Origin: Alkalilimnicola ehrlichii MLHE-1
GTDB taxonomy: Bacteria; Pseudomonadota; Gammaproteobacteria; Nitrococcales; Halorhodospiraceae
NCBI RefSeq assembly: GCF_000014785.1
Contig: NC_008340.1
Span: 2,880,001 to 2,912,000 of the forward strand
Reading direction: 5' to 3'
DNA length: 32,000 bases
Shown: positions 20,036-30,345 of the stretch, in pieces
How positions within the stretch are numbered: the stretch's first letter is position 1
How the letters are laid out: every line of letters begins with the position of its first letter
Program-made: the position numbers and the translations under genes
The notes under the pieces: generated by a model
What the model was told of the DNA's origin: nothing
What the model saw: only the letters and a program-made list of their open reading frames with translations
Databases searched by the model: none

Positions 20036-20770
20036 TCACGCCAGCCAGATCAGCGTGGCCATGCGCCCGGTCTCGCCGTCGCGGCGGTAGGAGAAGAACC
20101 GCCCGGCATCGGACCAGGTGCAGTGGTCCGCGCCGTACACGGCCTGCACACCGGCGGCGGCCAATCGTCGCGCGGCCAGGGTGTAGAGATCGGCCCGCCA
20201 ACGCCCCTGCGCATCCGCCCGGAAGCAGGGCCCGGCGCCGTCATCCCGGGCCAGAAAGGCCTGACGCACGTCGTCACCCACCTGGAAGGCCTCGGGACCG
20301 ATCGCGGGCCCCAACCAAGCCATCAGCCCCCCGGGGCCGCCCAGGGCGCTCACCCCCGCCTCCAGGATGCCACCGGCCAGGCCGCGCCAGCCGGCGTGCA
20401 GGGCCGCCACCCGGGGCCCGTCCTGGTCGCAGAGCACCACCGGCAGGCAGTCGGCGGTCAGGACCGCGCAGACCACGCCCGGTCGGTCGGTCCAACTGCC
20501 GTCGGCCTCGGGCACGCCCTCCACGGCGTGCGCCGCCACCACCCGCGTACCGTGGACCTGCCGGAGCCAGACCGGCCCCGAGGGCAGTGCCGCGGCCTCG
20601 CGCAGGCGCCTGCGGTTGTCGGCCACTCGCTCCGGATCGTCGCCGGTGTGGCCGCCGAGGTTCAGGCTGTCGTAGGGGGGCCGGCTGAACCCACCGGTAC
20701 GGGTCGAGACCAGTGCCCGCACCCCGGCCGGTGCCGGCCAATCAGGCCGGATGAAATCCAGTTCACTCAT
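20036..20770 (-). CDS. pgeF: peptidoglycan editing factor PgeF (YfiH/laccase-domain family)
   Basis: 244 aa from ATG 20770: MSELDFIRPDWPAPAGVRALVSTRTGG..., parallel to the E. coli YfiH N-terminus. TADCLPVV and ALHAGWRG motifs are present. Alternative starts at 20779/20782. Confidence 0.9.
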   Translation of the reverse strand: MSELDFIRPDWPAPAGVRALVSTRTGGFSRPPYDSLNLGGHTGDDPERVADNRRRLREAAALPSGPVWLRQVHGTRVVAAHAVEGVPEADGSWTDRPGVVCAVLTADCLPVVLCDQDGPRVAALHAGWRGLAGGILEAGVSALGGPGGLMAWLGPAIGPEAFQVGDDVRQAFLARDDGAGPCFRADAQGRWRADLYTLAARRLAAAGVQAVYGADHCTWSDAGRFFSYRRDGETGRMATLIWLA

Positions 20771-20825
20771 GGCGTCCATCATCGGCCAAACCGATGCTGA
20801 CGCCAAGCCGAAACGGTGCCCACGG

Positions 20826-20853
20826 TTGAAAAGCCCTGCGCACTCCCCCATCT
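20826..20853 (+). promoter_or_regulatory. sigma-32 (RpoH) heat-shock promoter of clpB
   Basis: TTGAAA (20826-20831), 14-nt spacer, CCCCATCT (20846-20853). This fits the E. coli sigma-32 consensus TTGAAA-N13-15-CCCCATNT and lies ~55 nt upstream of the clpB ATG. Confidence 0.6.
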
Positions 20854-20907
20854 GTTAGTGCAAAGGCATTGACGGGTGACTCACACCCTGGAGCAAGAGG
20901 ATTCACC

Positions 20908-23502
<2,595 letters not shown>

Positions 23503-23589
23503 GGCAGGCCCTGGGGGGGTATCGGTGACGCCCCCAACAGGCTGAGTAATGGCCGCGATATAACGGGTATTGGCCAATTTACCGCACAG

Positions 23590-23619
23590 AGCCCCCGACC
23601 TGCGAGTCGGGGGCTTTTT
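23590..23619 (+). terminator. rho-independent terminator of clpB
   Basis: agcccccgac (23590-23599), loop ctgcga, gtcgggggct (23606-23615), then a TTTTT tract. Confidence 0.8.
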
Positions 23620-23649
23620 GTATCTGGGCTGGGGCTACCGGCTGAAGCA

Positions 23650-23898
23650 GTGGCCCGAGAGGAACCGGCTGCACCCCTCAAGCTAGACACCAGCCGCGTC
23701 CGTTTGCGGGAAACCGACACCCGCCAGCACTTCGTCTACGTCTTCAACCGCATGCTGGAGAACCTGTTCATCGAGCGCATGGACGGCAACGAGGAGATCT
23801 TCGAGCGGCTGATGAACGACGACGACCTCCGTCGGGTGGCGGGCGCGCACCTGCTGGACGAGGTCTACGAACGCCTGCAGGAGGGCCGCGAAGCGTGA
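23650..23898 (+). pseudogene. C-terminal remnant of a helicase-type restriction enzyme R subunit (type I HsdR-like)
   Basis: The 82-codon ORF has no credible RBS or N-terminus. The segment FVYVFNRMLENLFIERMDGNEEIFERLMNDDDLRRVAGAHLLDEVYERLQ matches the extreme C-terminal pattern I remember from HsdR-like proteins (F..rM..NeeIf..i.dD.efr..v...l...vY..l). No helicase, hsdM or hsdS sequence is present. Confidence 0.45.
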
Positions 23899-23937
23899 TG
23901 TTATGGGGCTATGGCGTGAGTAGCCGGCCCTTCCCAC

Positions 23938-23978
23938 TTGACATACCATATATGATATACATACTATTTATGGTATGT
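23938..23978 (+). promoter_or_regulatory. putative promoter plus operator of the toxin-first TA operon
   Basis: TTGACA (23938-23943), 18-nt spacer, TACTAT (23962-23967). A perfect 10-bp inverted repeat, acataccata (23941-23950) / tatggtatgt (23969-23978), brackets the -10 element and covers the ATG at 23975. No Shine-Dalgarno sequence is present. Confidence 0.45.
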
Positions 23979-24256
23979 GGAAGATATTCGAGCACAGGAG
24001 AGTGGCGAAGAACTTGTCGGCAGCGCCTGTCGAGGTGCAGAAAAGGTATGAGAAATGGAAAGACATTGTCGCCATATCAGGGCCACAGGGGCTGCGCTCT
24101 ATTAGGGGTTTCAGCGATGAAGCCTTATCAGGCAAGTGGAAAGGCTTCCGGTCTTCACGGCTTAACATACAGTACCGCGTCATCTATCGGGTACGGAAGA
24201 ATCAAGTGCTCGTAGGGGTCGAGAAGGTAACTCCCCACGATTACGGGAGGAAATAG
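23975..24256 (+). CDS. type II toxin, RelE/ParE superfamily (HigB-like gene order)
   Basis: 93 aa. The C-terminal half, LSGKWKGFRSSRLNIQYRVIYRVRKNQVLVGVEKVTPHDY, has the typical RelE-fold signature (RliY...v.v..v..H.Y). It is followed 1 nt later by an XRE antitoxin gene. Confidence 0.75.
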   Translation: MWKIFEHRRVAKNLSAAPVEVQKRYEKWKDIVAISGPQGLRSIRGFSDEALSGKWKGFRSSRLNIQYRVIYRVRKNQVLVGVEKVTPHDYGRK

Positions 24257-24257
24257 A

Positions 24258-24518
24258 ATGAGCGAATATCGTAAGGCCAGGAAACGGCTCGAGGTCTCTG
24301 TTGGAGAGTCGGTCCGCATCATGCGTGAACTGCAAGAGATGAGTCAGAATGAGCTGGCCCGCGCTACCGGGATCCCCCAATCCACCATTTCTGCTATCGA
24401 GAACGACCGCGTTCGCCTCGGTGTAGACAGGGCCAAGGTCCTGGCCAGGGCTTTGCGGTGTCACCCCGCCGTTCTCGTATTTCCTGGCTGGGACGTTGAG
24501 CAGGAGTCGGCGGCGTAA
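24258..24518 (+). CDS. XRE-family HTH antitoxin (HigA-like)
   Basis: 86 aa with GGGAGGAAA upstream. HTH segment: MSQNELARATGIPQSTISAIENDR. Confidence 0.8.
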   Translation: MSEYRKARKRLEVSVGESVRIMRELQEMSQNELARATGIPQSTISAIENDRVRLGVDRAKVLARALRCHPAVLVFPGWDVEQESAA

Positions 24519-24584
24519 CTGTCGCAGCCCGTGGAATCATCCACCGCTGGCGGCTCTGCCCATGCAACCGACACTCGACACCGG

Positions 24585-24608
24585 CCAGTGCTACTATAGT
24601 GTCACTGG
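24585..24608. promoter_or_regulatory. near-perfect 24-bp palindrome containing a -10-like TATAGT (candidate Phd/ParE operator)
   Basis: CCAGTGctACTATAGTgtCACTGG. The 6-bp outer arms and 8-bp centre are self-complementary. It ends 18 nt upstream of the antitoxin ATG. Confidence 0.4.
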
Positions 24609-24626
24609 TTGATTCGGGGTGACTCC

Positions 24627-24884
24627 ATGAAAGTTGAGCTCGTTACGAACCTCAAGCGCCAGGCCACGAAGATTCTCGCAGAACTGCGCGCATCGAAGGA
24701 GCCGGTGCTGATCACTGAGCATGGCCAGCCATCTGCTTACCTGGTTGATGTGCAGGACTACGAGTTTATGCAGCGCCGGCTTGAGCTGCTTGAAGGGCTC
24801 TCAAGAGGTGAGCGCGCTGTACTGGAAGGGAGAACGTACAGCCACAGTGAAGCCAGGGATAAGCTGGGTAAATGGCTGAAATAG
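24627..24884 (+). CDS. Phd/YefM family antitoxin
   Basis: 85 aa from ATG 24627: MKVELVTNLKRQATKILAELRASKEPVLITEHGQPSAYLVDVQDYE, the canonical Phd/YefM N-terminal domain. Confidence 0.85.
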   Translation: MKVELVTNLKRQATKILAELRASKEPVLITEHGQPSAYLVDVQDYEFMQRRLELLEGLSRGERAVLEGRTYSHSEARDKLGKWLK

Positions 24885-25183
24885 TCTGGACTGAGCCCGC
24901 CCTTCAGGAACTGGATGCCATCGCTGAGTACATCGCGCTGGATAATCCGGCGGCGGCAAGCCGTTTGGTCCAGGAGGTATTCGCCAAGGCCACACGCCTG
25001 GAAGAGTTCCCCCGATCCGGAAGGATCCCTCCGGAGCTGCCCAACTCCGTATACCGGGAATTAGTAGTACCGCCGTGCCGGATTTTCTATCGTGAAGACG
25101 GGGGGCGAGTTCTTATCCTCTACGTCATGCGGGAGGAACGGCAGCTCCGGGCATACATGTTGGGCGACAACTGCGTTGACTGA
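24872..25183 (+). CDS. ParE/RelE family toxin
   Basis: 103 aa, with a 13-nt overlap with the antitoxin. IVWTEPALQELDAIAEYIALDNPAAASRLVQEV...FPRSGR...YRELVVPPCRIFYRE...VLILYVMREER is a typical ParE pattern. Confidence 0.85.
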   Translation: MAEIVWTEPALQELDAIAEYIALDNPAAASRLVQEVFAKATRLEEFPRSGRIPPELPNSVYRELVVPPCRIFYREDGGRVLILYVMREERQLRAYMLGDNCVD

Positions 25184-25209
25184 CAGGGATCCTGGAGACC
25201 GGGCGGCGC

Positions 25210-26115
25210 CTACTCCCCCCAGCCCTCCAAGTAGCCCCGTAGCTCGTCAGCGGTAGCGGGCGGGTCGGCGAACATCCGCCGGGCGAGGTTGAGCAGGGGG
25301 TAGGGCTCGGTGTCGAACAGGCGGTGGCGGTCGATCATCGCCAGGGTGTGGGGGCCCTCGCCTTCCAGGCCGCGGGTCTCGCCACGGGCGAGGCGGCGGC
25401 CGAGCTGGCGGTGGTGGGAGTCGGCGCTGGTGGCGGAGCCGACGAAATCACCCAGCCCGGCCAGGCCGTAGGGGCTGGTCGGCGCCCCGCCCAAGGCCTC
25501 CACGATCGCCGCCAGCTCCCGGAAGGCATCGATGGTGAGCGCCCCGCGGACGTTGTCACCGAGCTGGAGTTCATCGGCGGCGCCGATGAGGGGGACGTAG
25601 ACGTTCTTGAGCACGACGGCCCAGGAGGCGCCGGTCAGGTCGGTGGTGTGGACCAGTTTCAGAGCGGAGCCCCGGAACAGCTCGCGGACCTGCTGGAAGG
25701 TCTCGCGCTGCGGGCAGGCCAGGTCGGCGAACCCGAGGCGATCCGCCTGCAGGTCCTCGGCGATCATGGGGCCGTAGATGGCGGCCAGGGCCTTTCCTTC
25801 GCCGAGGGCCTGGTGCAGGATGCCGGCGGCGGTACGGCCGCTTTCGTCCAACCCCTTGGCGATGGTGACGCAGACGGCCCCGTCGGGCAGTGCGGCGGCG
25901 ACCCGGGGCGCGATGTCGCTGTGGGCCACCACGGGCATGCAGAAGAAGACGAATTCAGCCTGGTGCACGAGCGGTTCCAGCGGTTCGGGGGCCGAACCGT
26001 CGGGGGGCAGGCCCTCCCAGCTCACCACCGGCTGCCGGCGCCCGAGCAGATGGGCCATGGCCTTGCCAATCCGCCCGGTACCCAGTACCAGGATCCGCCC
26101 TCCCCGCTCTGTCAT
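25210..26115 (-). CDS. NAD(P)-dependent glycerol-3-phosphate dehydrogenase-like oxidoreductase
   Basis: 301 aa from ATG 26115. Rossmann fold ILVLGTGRIGKAMAHLLG and GpsA-like C-terminal domain blocks (WAVVLKNVYVPLIGAADELQLGDNVRGALTIDAFRELAAI). It is shorter than and divergent from canonical GpsA, so this is a family-level call only. Confidence 0.6.
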   Translation of the reverse strand: MTERGGRILVLGTGRIGKAMAHLLGRRQPVVSWEGLPPDGSAPEPLEPLVHQAEFVFFCMPVVAHSDIAPRVAAALPDGAVCVTIAKGLDESGRTAAGILHQALGEGKALAAIYGPMIAEDLQADRLGFADLACPQRETFQQVRELFRGSALKLVHTTDLTGASWAVVLKNVYVPLIGAADELQLGDNVRGALTIDAFRELAAIVEALGGAPTSPYGLAGLGDFVGSATSADSHHRQLGRRLARGETRGLEGEGPHTLAMIDRHRLFDTEPYPLLNLARRMFADPPATADELRGYLEGWGE

Positions 26116-26249
26116 GACCGTCCCTCTGGTTGTGCGATTCTGCTGGTTCGTCGTCACTGCCAGCATAGCCGGGTGGCGCTGCTATGGCGTTGTTGTGCTG
26201 GGCTGTGGCGCTTTGAAATGGGATGGGGTTGGGGGCTTACGGAAGGTCC

Positions 26250-26359
26250 GGCCGGGGCGGGGGTGTTCCGTTCAGGGGACGCCGTGAACCCATCCCTGGG
26301 GGCTTGAAGGCGGCATCCCTGCCGCCTACACCCCTGAACGGAACACCCCCGCCCCGGCC
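26250..26359. repeat. palindromic element A: 29-bp perfect inverted arms around a 52-bp core
   Basis: ggccggggcgggggtgttccgttcagggg (26250-26278) is the exact reverse complement of 26331-26359. The core (26279-26330) contains the hairpin aggcggca-tccc-tgccgcct. Confidence 0.85.
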
Positions 26360-26490
26360 TCCCTAGGTCTGTCTGGGGCCGTGCCCGTCTGCAGGGGTTG
26401 GCCCCTTTATGGACGCCCGGGCGCAATGCTGAATGACCGCGGCCCGCCCACTTAGCCCCTCGCCGAAAGCGACGCGCCGGCAACCTTCAG

Positions 26491-26596
26491 GGGGCTGGCG
26501 GGGTATCGGGTGCGAATCGTAGGCGGCAGGGATGCCGCCTACGAGCCCGCAGGGATGGGTTCACGGCGTATTCGCACCCGATACCCCGCTAGCCCC
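26491..26596. repeat. palindromic element B: 27-bp inverted arms (1 mismatch) around the same 52-bp core in opposite orientation
   Basis: Arms are ggggctggcggggtatcgggtgcgaat (26491-26517) and attcgcacccgataccccgctagcccc (26570-26596). The core (26518-26569) is the reverse complement of core A, with 5 mismatches in 52 by my alignment. Confidence 0.85.
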
Positions 26597-26648
26597 CGTT
26601 CCGGGGCCTATCGGAGTCGCCAGGCTTGGCCAATCTCCCATTTGGCAC

Positions 26649-27536
26649 CTAGAGGCCCTTCTTGTTGCCCCCGTTTTCGAACATCGCCCGTTTACCGCGA
26701 TAGAGCGCGGAGATGTCCTCCTCGCCGTAGCCCTGCTCGATCAGGGGCCGGTACTGCTTGAGGGTCATCTCGACCACCGGCAGCGCCACGCCCATGCTCT
26801 CCAGCATCGACCGGCAGATCTCCAGGTCCTTGTAATGCAGGGCCATCTTGAAGCCGGGCTGGTAGCTGTCGCGCACCAGGGTCGGGCCGCGGTGCTGGAG
26901 CAGCCAGCTTCCGCCGGCGCCGCCGCTCAGCACCTCGATCACCTTGTCCATGTCCAGCCCCTGGGCCTGGCCGAAGGCCAGCCCCTCGGTGACCCCCTGG
27001 ATGATCCCGGCCACCATGATCTGATTGACCGCCTTGGTCACCTGCCCGGCCCCGGACGGGCCCATGTGGGTGGCCGAGCGGCTGATCGCCGAGAGCACCG
27101 GCCGGACCTGCTCCAGGGTGGCCTCGTCACCGCCCACCATCATCACCATGGTGGCCTTCTCCGCCCCCTCCTTGCCGCCGGAGACGGGGGCGTCCAGGAA
27201 CCGCGCCCCGGTCTCAGCCACCCGCCGGGCGGCCTCGCGGGCGGTGTCTGCGCTGACGGTGGAGGTGTCCACCACCACCTTGCCCTCACCCAGCTCGGGC
27301 AGCATGGCGTCGACCACCTCCAGCACATCGGCGTCCGCCGAGACACAGGTGATGATCACGTCGCACTGGGCAGCCACCGTGGGGGCATCGGCCGCAGCGG
27401 CCACCCCATGGCGGCCGGCGAAATCCACCGCCTTGTCATAGGTGCGGTTCCATACCGCGGCCAGCAGCCCCTGCCGGGCCAGGTTGGCCGCCATGCCGGC
27501 GCCCATGGCGCCCAGTCCGATCACGCCTGCCTTCAT
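26649..27536 (-). CDS. NAD(P)-dependent beta-hydroxyacid dehydrogenase (3-hydroxyisobutyrate / tartronate-semialdehyde reductase family)
   Basis: 295 aa: MKAGVIGLGAMGAGMAANL Rossmann fold, DAPVSGG, and the catalytic-Lys region GAGQVTKAVNQ. Confidence 0.85.
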   Translation of the reverse strand: MKAGVIGLGAMGAGMAANLARQGLLAAVWNRTYDKAVDFAGRHGVAAAADAPTVAAQCDVIITCVSADADVLEVVDAMLPELGEGKVVVDTSTVSADTAREAARRVAETGARFLDAPVSGGKEGAEKATMVMMVGGDEATLEQVRPVLSAISRSATHMGPSGAGQVTKAVNQIMVAGIIQGVTEGLAFGQAQGLDMDKVIEVLSGGAGGSWLLQHRGPTLVRDSYQPGFKMALHYKDLEICRSMLESMGVALPVVEMTLKQYRPLIEQGYGEEDISALYRGKRAMFENGGNKKGL

Positions 27537-27576
27537 AAAGCGACTCCCTTATGCCGTGGGTGATGGGTCGGGCCCC

Positions 27577-28155
27577 TCAGGCCTCACCGTTGTACTGCCG
27601 GTGACCGCTGGGGCGCTGCAGTTGCTGCTCCACCTCCGCCGCCTGCGCCTCGCCGGCCAGCAATTCGATCAGCCGGAGGGCGAAATCCATCGCGGTACCG
27701 GGGCCGCGGGAGGTCACCACGCTGGCGTCCACCACCACCGGCTCCCCACCGCGGAGTTCCACCCCCGGGACATCGTCCAGGGCGCCCGGGAAGGCCGTGG
27801 CCTGGCGGCCCTCCAGCAGTCCGGCCCCGGCGAGCACCTTGGGGCCCGCGCAGATGGCCGCCGTGAAGCGCTCGCTGTCAGCGAGCTTACGTAAGAGCTC
27901 AGTGACCCGGTCATCCTCGCCCAGCCGTCGCGCCCCCTCGGCGCCGCCGGGCAGCACCACCATGTCGAAATCGCGGCGCAGGGCCTCATCGAGGTGGGTG
28001 TCCGCCACCAGCGTGACGCCGCGACTGGCCCGCACCGGCTCGCCGTCCAGGGATGCGGTGACCACATCGATCCCCGCCCGGCGCAGCAGGTCGATGACGG
28101 TGACCGCCTCCAGCTCCTCACAGCCCGTTGCCAAGGGCACCAGCACACTACTCAT
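27577..28155 (-). CDS. DJ-1/PfpI family protein (YajL-like)
   Basis: 192 aa from ATG 28155: VLVPLATGCEELEAV..., VLPGG, and the nucleophile elbow AAICAGP. 4-nt overlap with the yibQ-like stop. Confidence 0.85.
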   Translation of the reverse strand: MSSVLVPLATGCEELEAVTVIDLLRRAGIDVVTASLDGEPVRASRGVTLVADTHLDEALRRDFDMVVLPGGAEGARRLGEDDRVTELLRKLADSERFTAAICAGPKVLAGAGLLEGRQATAFPGALDDVPGVELRGGEPVVVDASVVTSRGPGTAMDFALRLIELLAGEAQAAEVEQQLQRPSGHRQYNGEA

Positions 28156-28946
28156 GGCACGTTCTCCTCCTCCTGACCATACAACTCCACCAGCCGCGAG
28201 GCCGGCACCAGTTTGATACCGGCCCGGGCCCACTCCGGCAGTACCTCCTCCAGCACCGCCAGGGTCTCCGGGTAGGGGTGGCCGATGGCCAGCCCGTAGC
28301 CATGCCGGCGCGCGTGCCGCACCAGCCGTTCGAGGTGGTGGCGGATCATCTCCGGATCACGGTCGTGGTCCAGGAAGACATGCCGCCGGGTGGCGGGCAC
28401 CCCGGCCTCCCGCGCCACCTGTTCCGCCACACTGCGTGCCGTGGTCCGGCTGTCCACGAAGTAATAGTCGCCCTCCCCCCGCAGTGCGTCCATGACCCAA
28501 CGCAGGTTGCCCGGGTGGCGTGTATAGAGACTGCCCATGTGGTTATTGACCCCGCGGGCATGGGGCACCGCGTCCAGGTCTTTGCGGACCGCCGCCTCCA
28601 CCGCCGTCCGGTCCATGTGGATGTCCACCCCGCCCGGCCCTCGATCGGCGCCGTTTTTCGCCTGCATCGGCATGTGCAGCATGACCTCCTTGCCGCTGCG
28701 GTGGCAGGCCTCGGCCAGGCGCCGGGCGTGGGGGGTGTGGGGTAGAACGGAACAGGTCACCGGCCCGGGCAGATCAACCGTGCGTTGGCCGCTGGCCAGG
28801 TGATCCCCCAGATCGTCGATCACCACCGCCACCCGCACCGGCTCATCGGCCGACCGGGCCTGCGCCTGGCCCAGCAGCAGGGCCCCCAGGCCGCAGAGCA
28901 GGAGGATCAGGTGGCCGGCAGGGGCTCGGCGCGTCCGGGCAGCCAT
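28152..28946 (-). CDS. divergent polysaccharide deacetylase family protein (YibQ-like)
   Basis: 264 aa with a signal peptide. VAVVIDDLG..., LPHTP, MLHMPM and NNHMGS blocks match the YibQ family. It lies downstream of envC/ctpA, as in E. coli envC-yibQ. Confidence 0.85.
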   Translation of the reverse strand: MAARTRRAPAGHLILLLCGLGALLLGQAQARSADEPVRVAVVIDDLGDHLASGQRTVDLPGPVTCSVLPHTPHARRLAEACHRSGKEVMLHMPMQAKNGADRGPGGVDIHMDRTAVEAAVRKDLDAVPHARGVNNHMGSLYTRHPGNLRWVMDALRGEGDYYFVDSRTTARSVAEQVAREAGVPATRRHVFLDHDRDPEMIRHHLERLVRHARRHGYGLAIGHPYPETLAVLEEVLPEWARAGIKLVPASRLVELYGQEEENVP

Positions 28947-28950
28947 GGCA

Positions 28951-30231
28951 TCAGCGACCGGTAAAGATACCCACGCCCTTCAGCAGGTTCAGCGCTTCGT
29001 ACAGCGTGAAATCGCGCTGCGCCAGGCTCTCGGTCTCGTCGTCCCGATCCACGTCCGGCCGTTGGCGCAGGCCGTGGCGCTCCAGCTCGGCCGGGCTCAT
29101 GTCCTCGCGTTCCACCCGGGCCACCCTGAGCTCCTCGGAGAGGATATCGGGCTGGATGCCCTTATCCTGAATGGAGCGACCGCCCGGGGTGTAGTAGCGC
29201 GCCGTGGTGAGCTTGACCGCCGCACCGCGGCCCAGCGGCAGGATGCTCTGCACCGAGCCCTTGCCAAAGGTGGGTGACCCCATGACCACCGCGCGTCCAT
29301 GATCCTGCAGGGCCCCGGCGACGATCTCCGAGGCGGAGGCGGACCCCTGGTTGACCAGCACCACCAGCGGGGCGCCGTGCAGCATATCCACCGGGGTGGC
29401 GCTAAAGCTCATCTCCGCGCGCTCGTCCCGGCCCTCGGTGTAGACGATCCGGCCGTTGCTGAGAAAGACGTCGGCGACACTGACCGCACCGTCCAGCACC
29501 CCACCGGGGTTGTTGCGCAGATCCAGAACCAGACCGCGCAGGCTGCCGTCGGCCTCCCGCTTCAGTTCGCTGAGCGCTTCCCGCACGTCACGACCGGTGC
29601 GCTCCTGGAACTGGCTGATGCGCAGATAGCCGTAGCCGGGCTCCAGCATCCGGGCCCGCACGCTCTCCACCTGGATAACGGCGCGGGTGATCTCGAAGGT
29701 CAGCGGGCGATCCTCGCCTTCGCGCACCACGGTGAGAGTTATCTGGCTGCCCGGCTCACCGCGCATCTGCTTGACCGCCTCCGTCAACGACATCCCTTTG
29801 ACCGGTTTATCGTCGATGCGGGTGATCAGGTCCCCCGGACGCAGGCCGGCACGGCTCGCGGGGGTGTCATCGATGGGCGCGATGACCTTGATGAAGCCGT
29901 CCTCCTGGCCCACCTCGATACCCAGCCCGCCGAACTCACCGCGGGTGCCCTCCTGCAGGGCCTGGAACTCGCTGGAATCCAGAAAGGTGGAGTGGGGGTC
30001 CAGACTGCTGACCATGCCGCGCACGGCCGCCTCCAGGAGCGCCTTGTCATCCACCTCGTCCACGTAGTGGCTGCGAATCCGCGCGTAGACCTCGGCGACG
30101 GCCTGAAGCTCTTCCAACGGCAGATCCGCGTTGGCCTGTTGCCGCTCCGCCCATACGGTCTGCCCCAACCCCAGCCCGGCGGCCAGGATCAGCAGTATGG
30201 CGGTAGAATAGAGCGGTCGAATCATGCGCAT
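28951..30231 (-). CDS. ctpA: carboxy-terminal processing protease (S41)
   Basis: 426 aa. It has a signal/anchor, a PDZ domain (GGLGIEV...PASRAGLRPGDLITRIDD), LDLRNNPGG, the nucleophile block GSASASEI, and the catalytic Lys in TFGKGSVQ. Confidence 0.92.
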   Translation of the reverse strand: MRMIRPLYSTAILLILAAGLGLGQTVWAERQQANADLPLEELQAVAEVYARIRSHYVDEVDDKALLEAAVRGMVSSLDPHSTFLDSSEFQALQEGTRGEFGGLGIEVGQEDGFIKVIAPIDDTPASRAGLRPGDLITRIDDKPVKGMSLTEAVKQMRGEPGSQITLTVVREGEDRPLTFEITRAVIQVESVRARMLEPGYGYLRISQFQERTGRDVREALSELKREADGSLRGLVLDLRNNPGGVLDGAVSVADVFLSNGRIVYTEGRDERAEMSFSATPVDMLHGAPLVVLVNQGSASASEIVAGALQDHGRAVVMGSPTFGKGSVQSILPLGRGAAVKLTTARYYTPGGRSIQDKGIQPDILSEELRVARVEREDMSPAELERHGLRQRPDVDRDDETESLAQRDFTLYEALNLLKGVGIFTGR

Positions 30232-30345
30232 GCGGCAGCGCTCCCATCCGGTGTTGCTGGTCTCGGGCGCTCACGCCCGGCGGTGCGATACATCCGCTAT
30301 TTCCGCAGTTTACCCCTGTTGCCCCCGCTTGTCAGACCCGCGCCC

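Noticed and set aside
19855-20800. 277-aa and 294-aa plus-strand ORFs
   Set aside because: They are antisense to pgeF and the start of the ligase-partner gene. They are extremely Arg/Pro-rich.
23895-24215. 106-aa plus-strand ORF overlapping the toxin gene in another frame
   Set aside because: The alternate frame (23975-24256) gives a recognisable RelE-fold toxin directly coupled to an antitoxin. This frame has no motifs.
26154-27563. ORFs of 109, 83 and 343 aa through the palindromic intergenic region and antisense to the dehydrogenase gene
   Set aside because: They read through perfect inverted repeats, so each arm would encode unrelated peptide. Or they are antisense to a well-supported Rossmann-fold gene.
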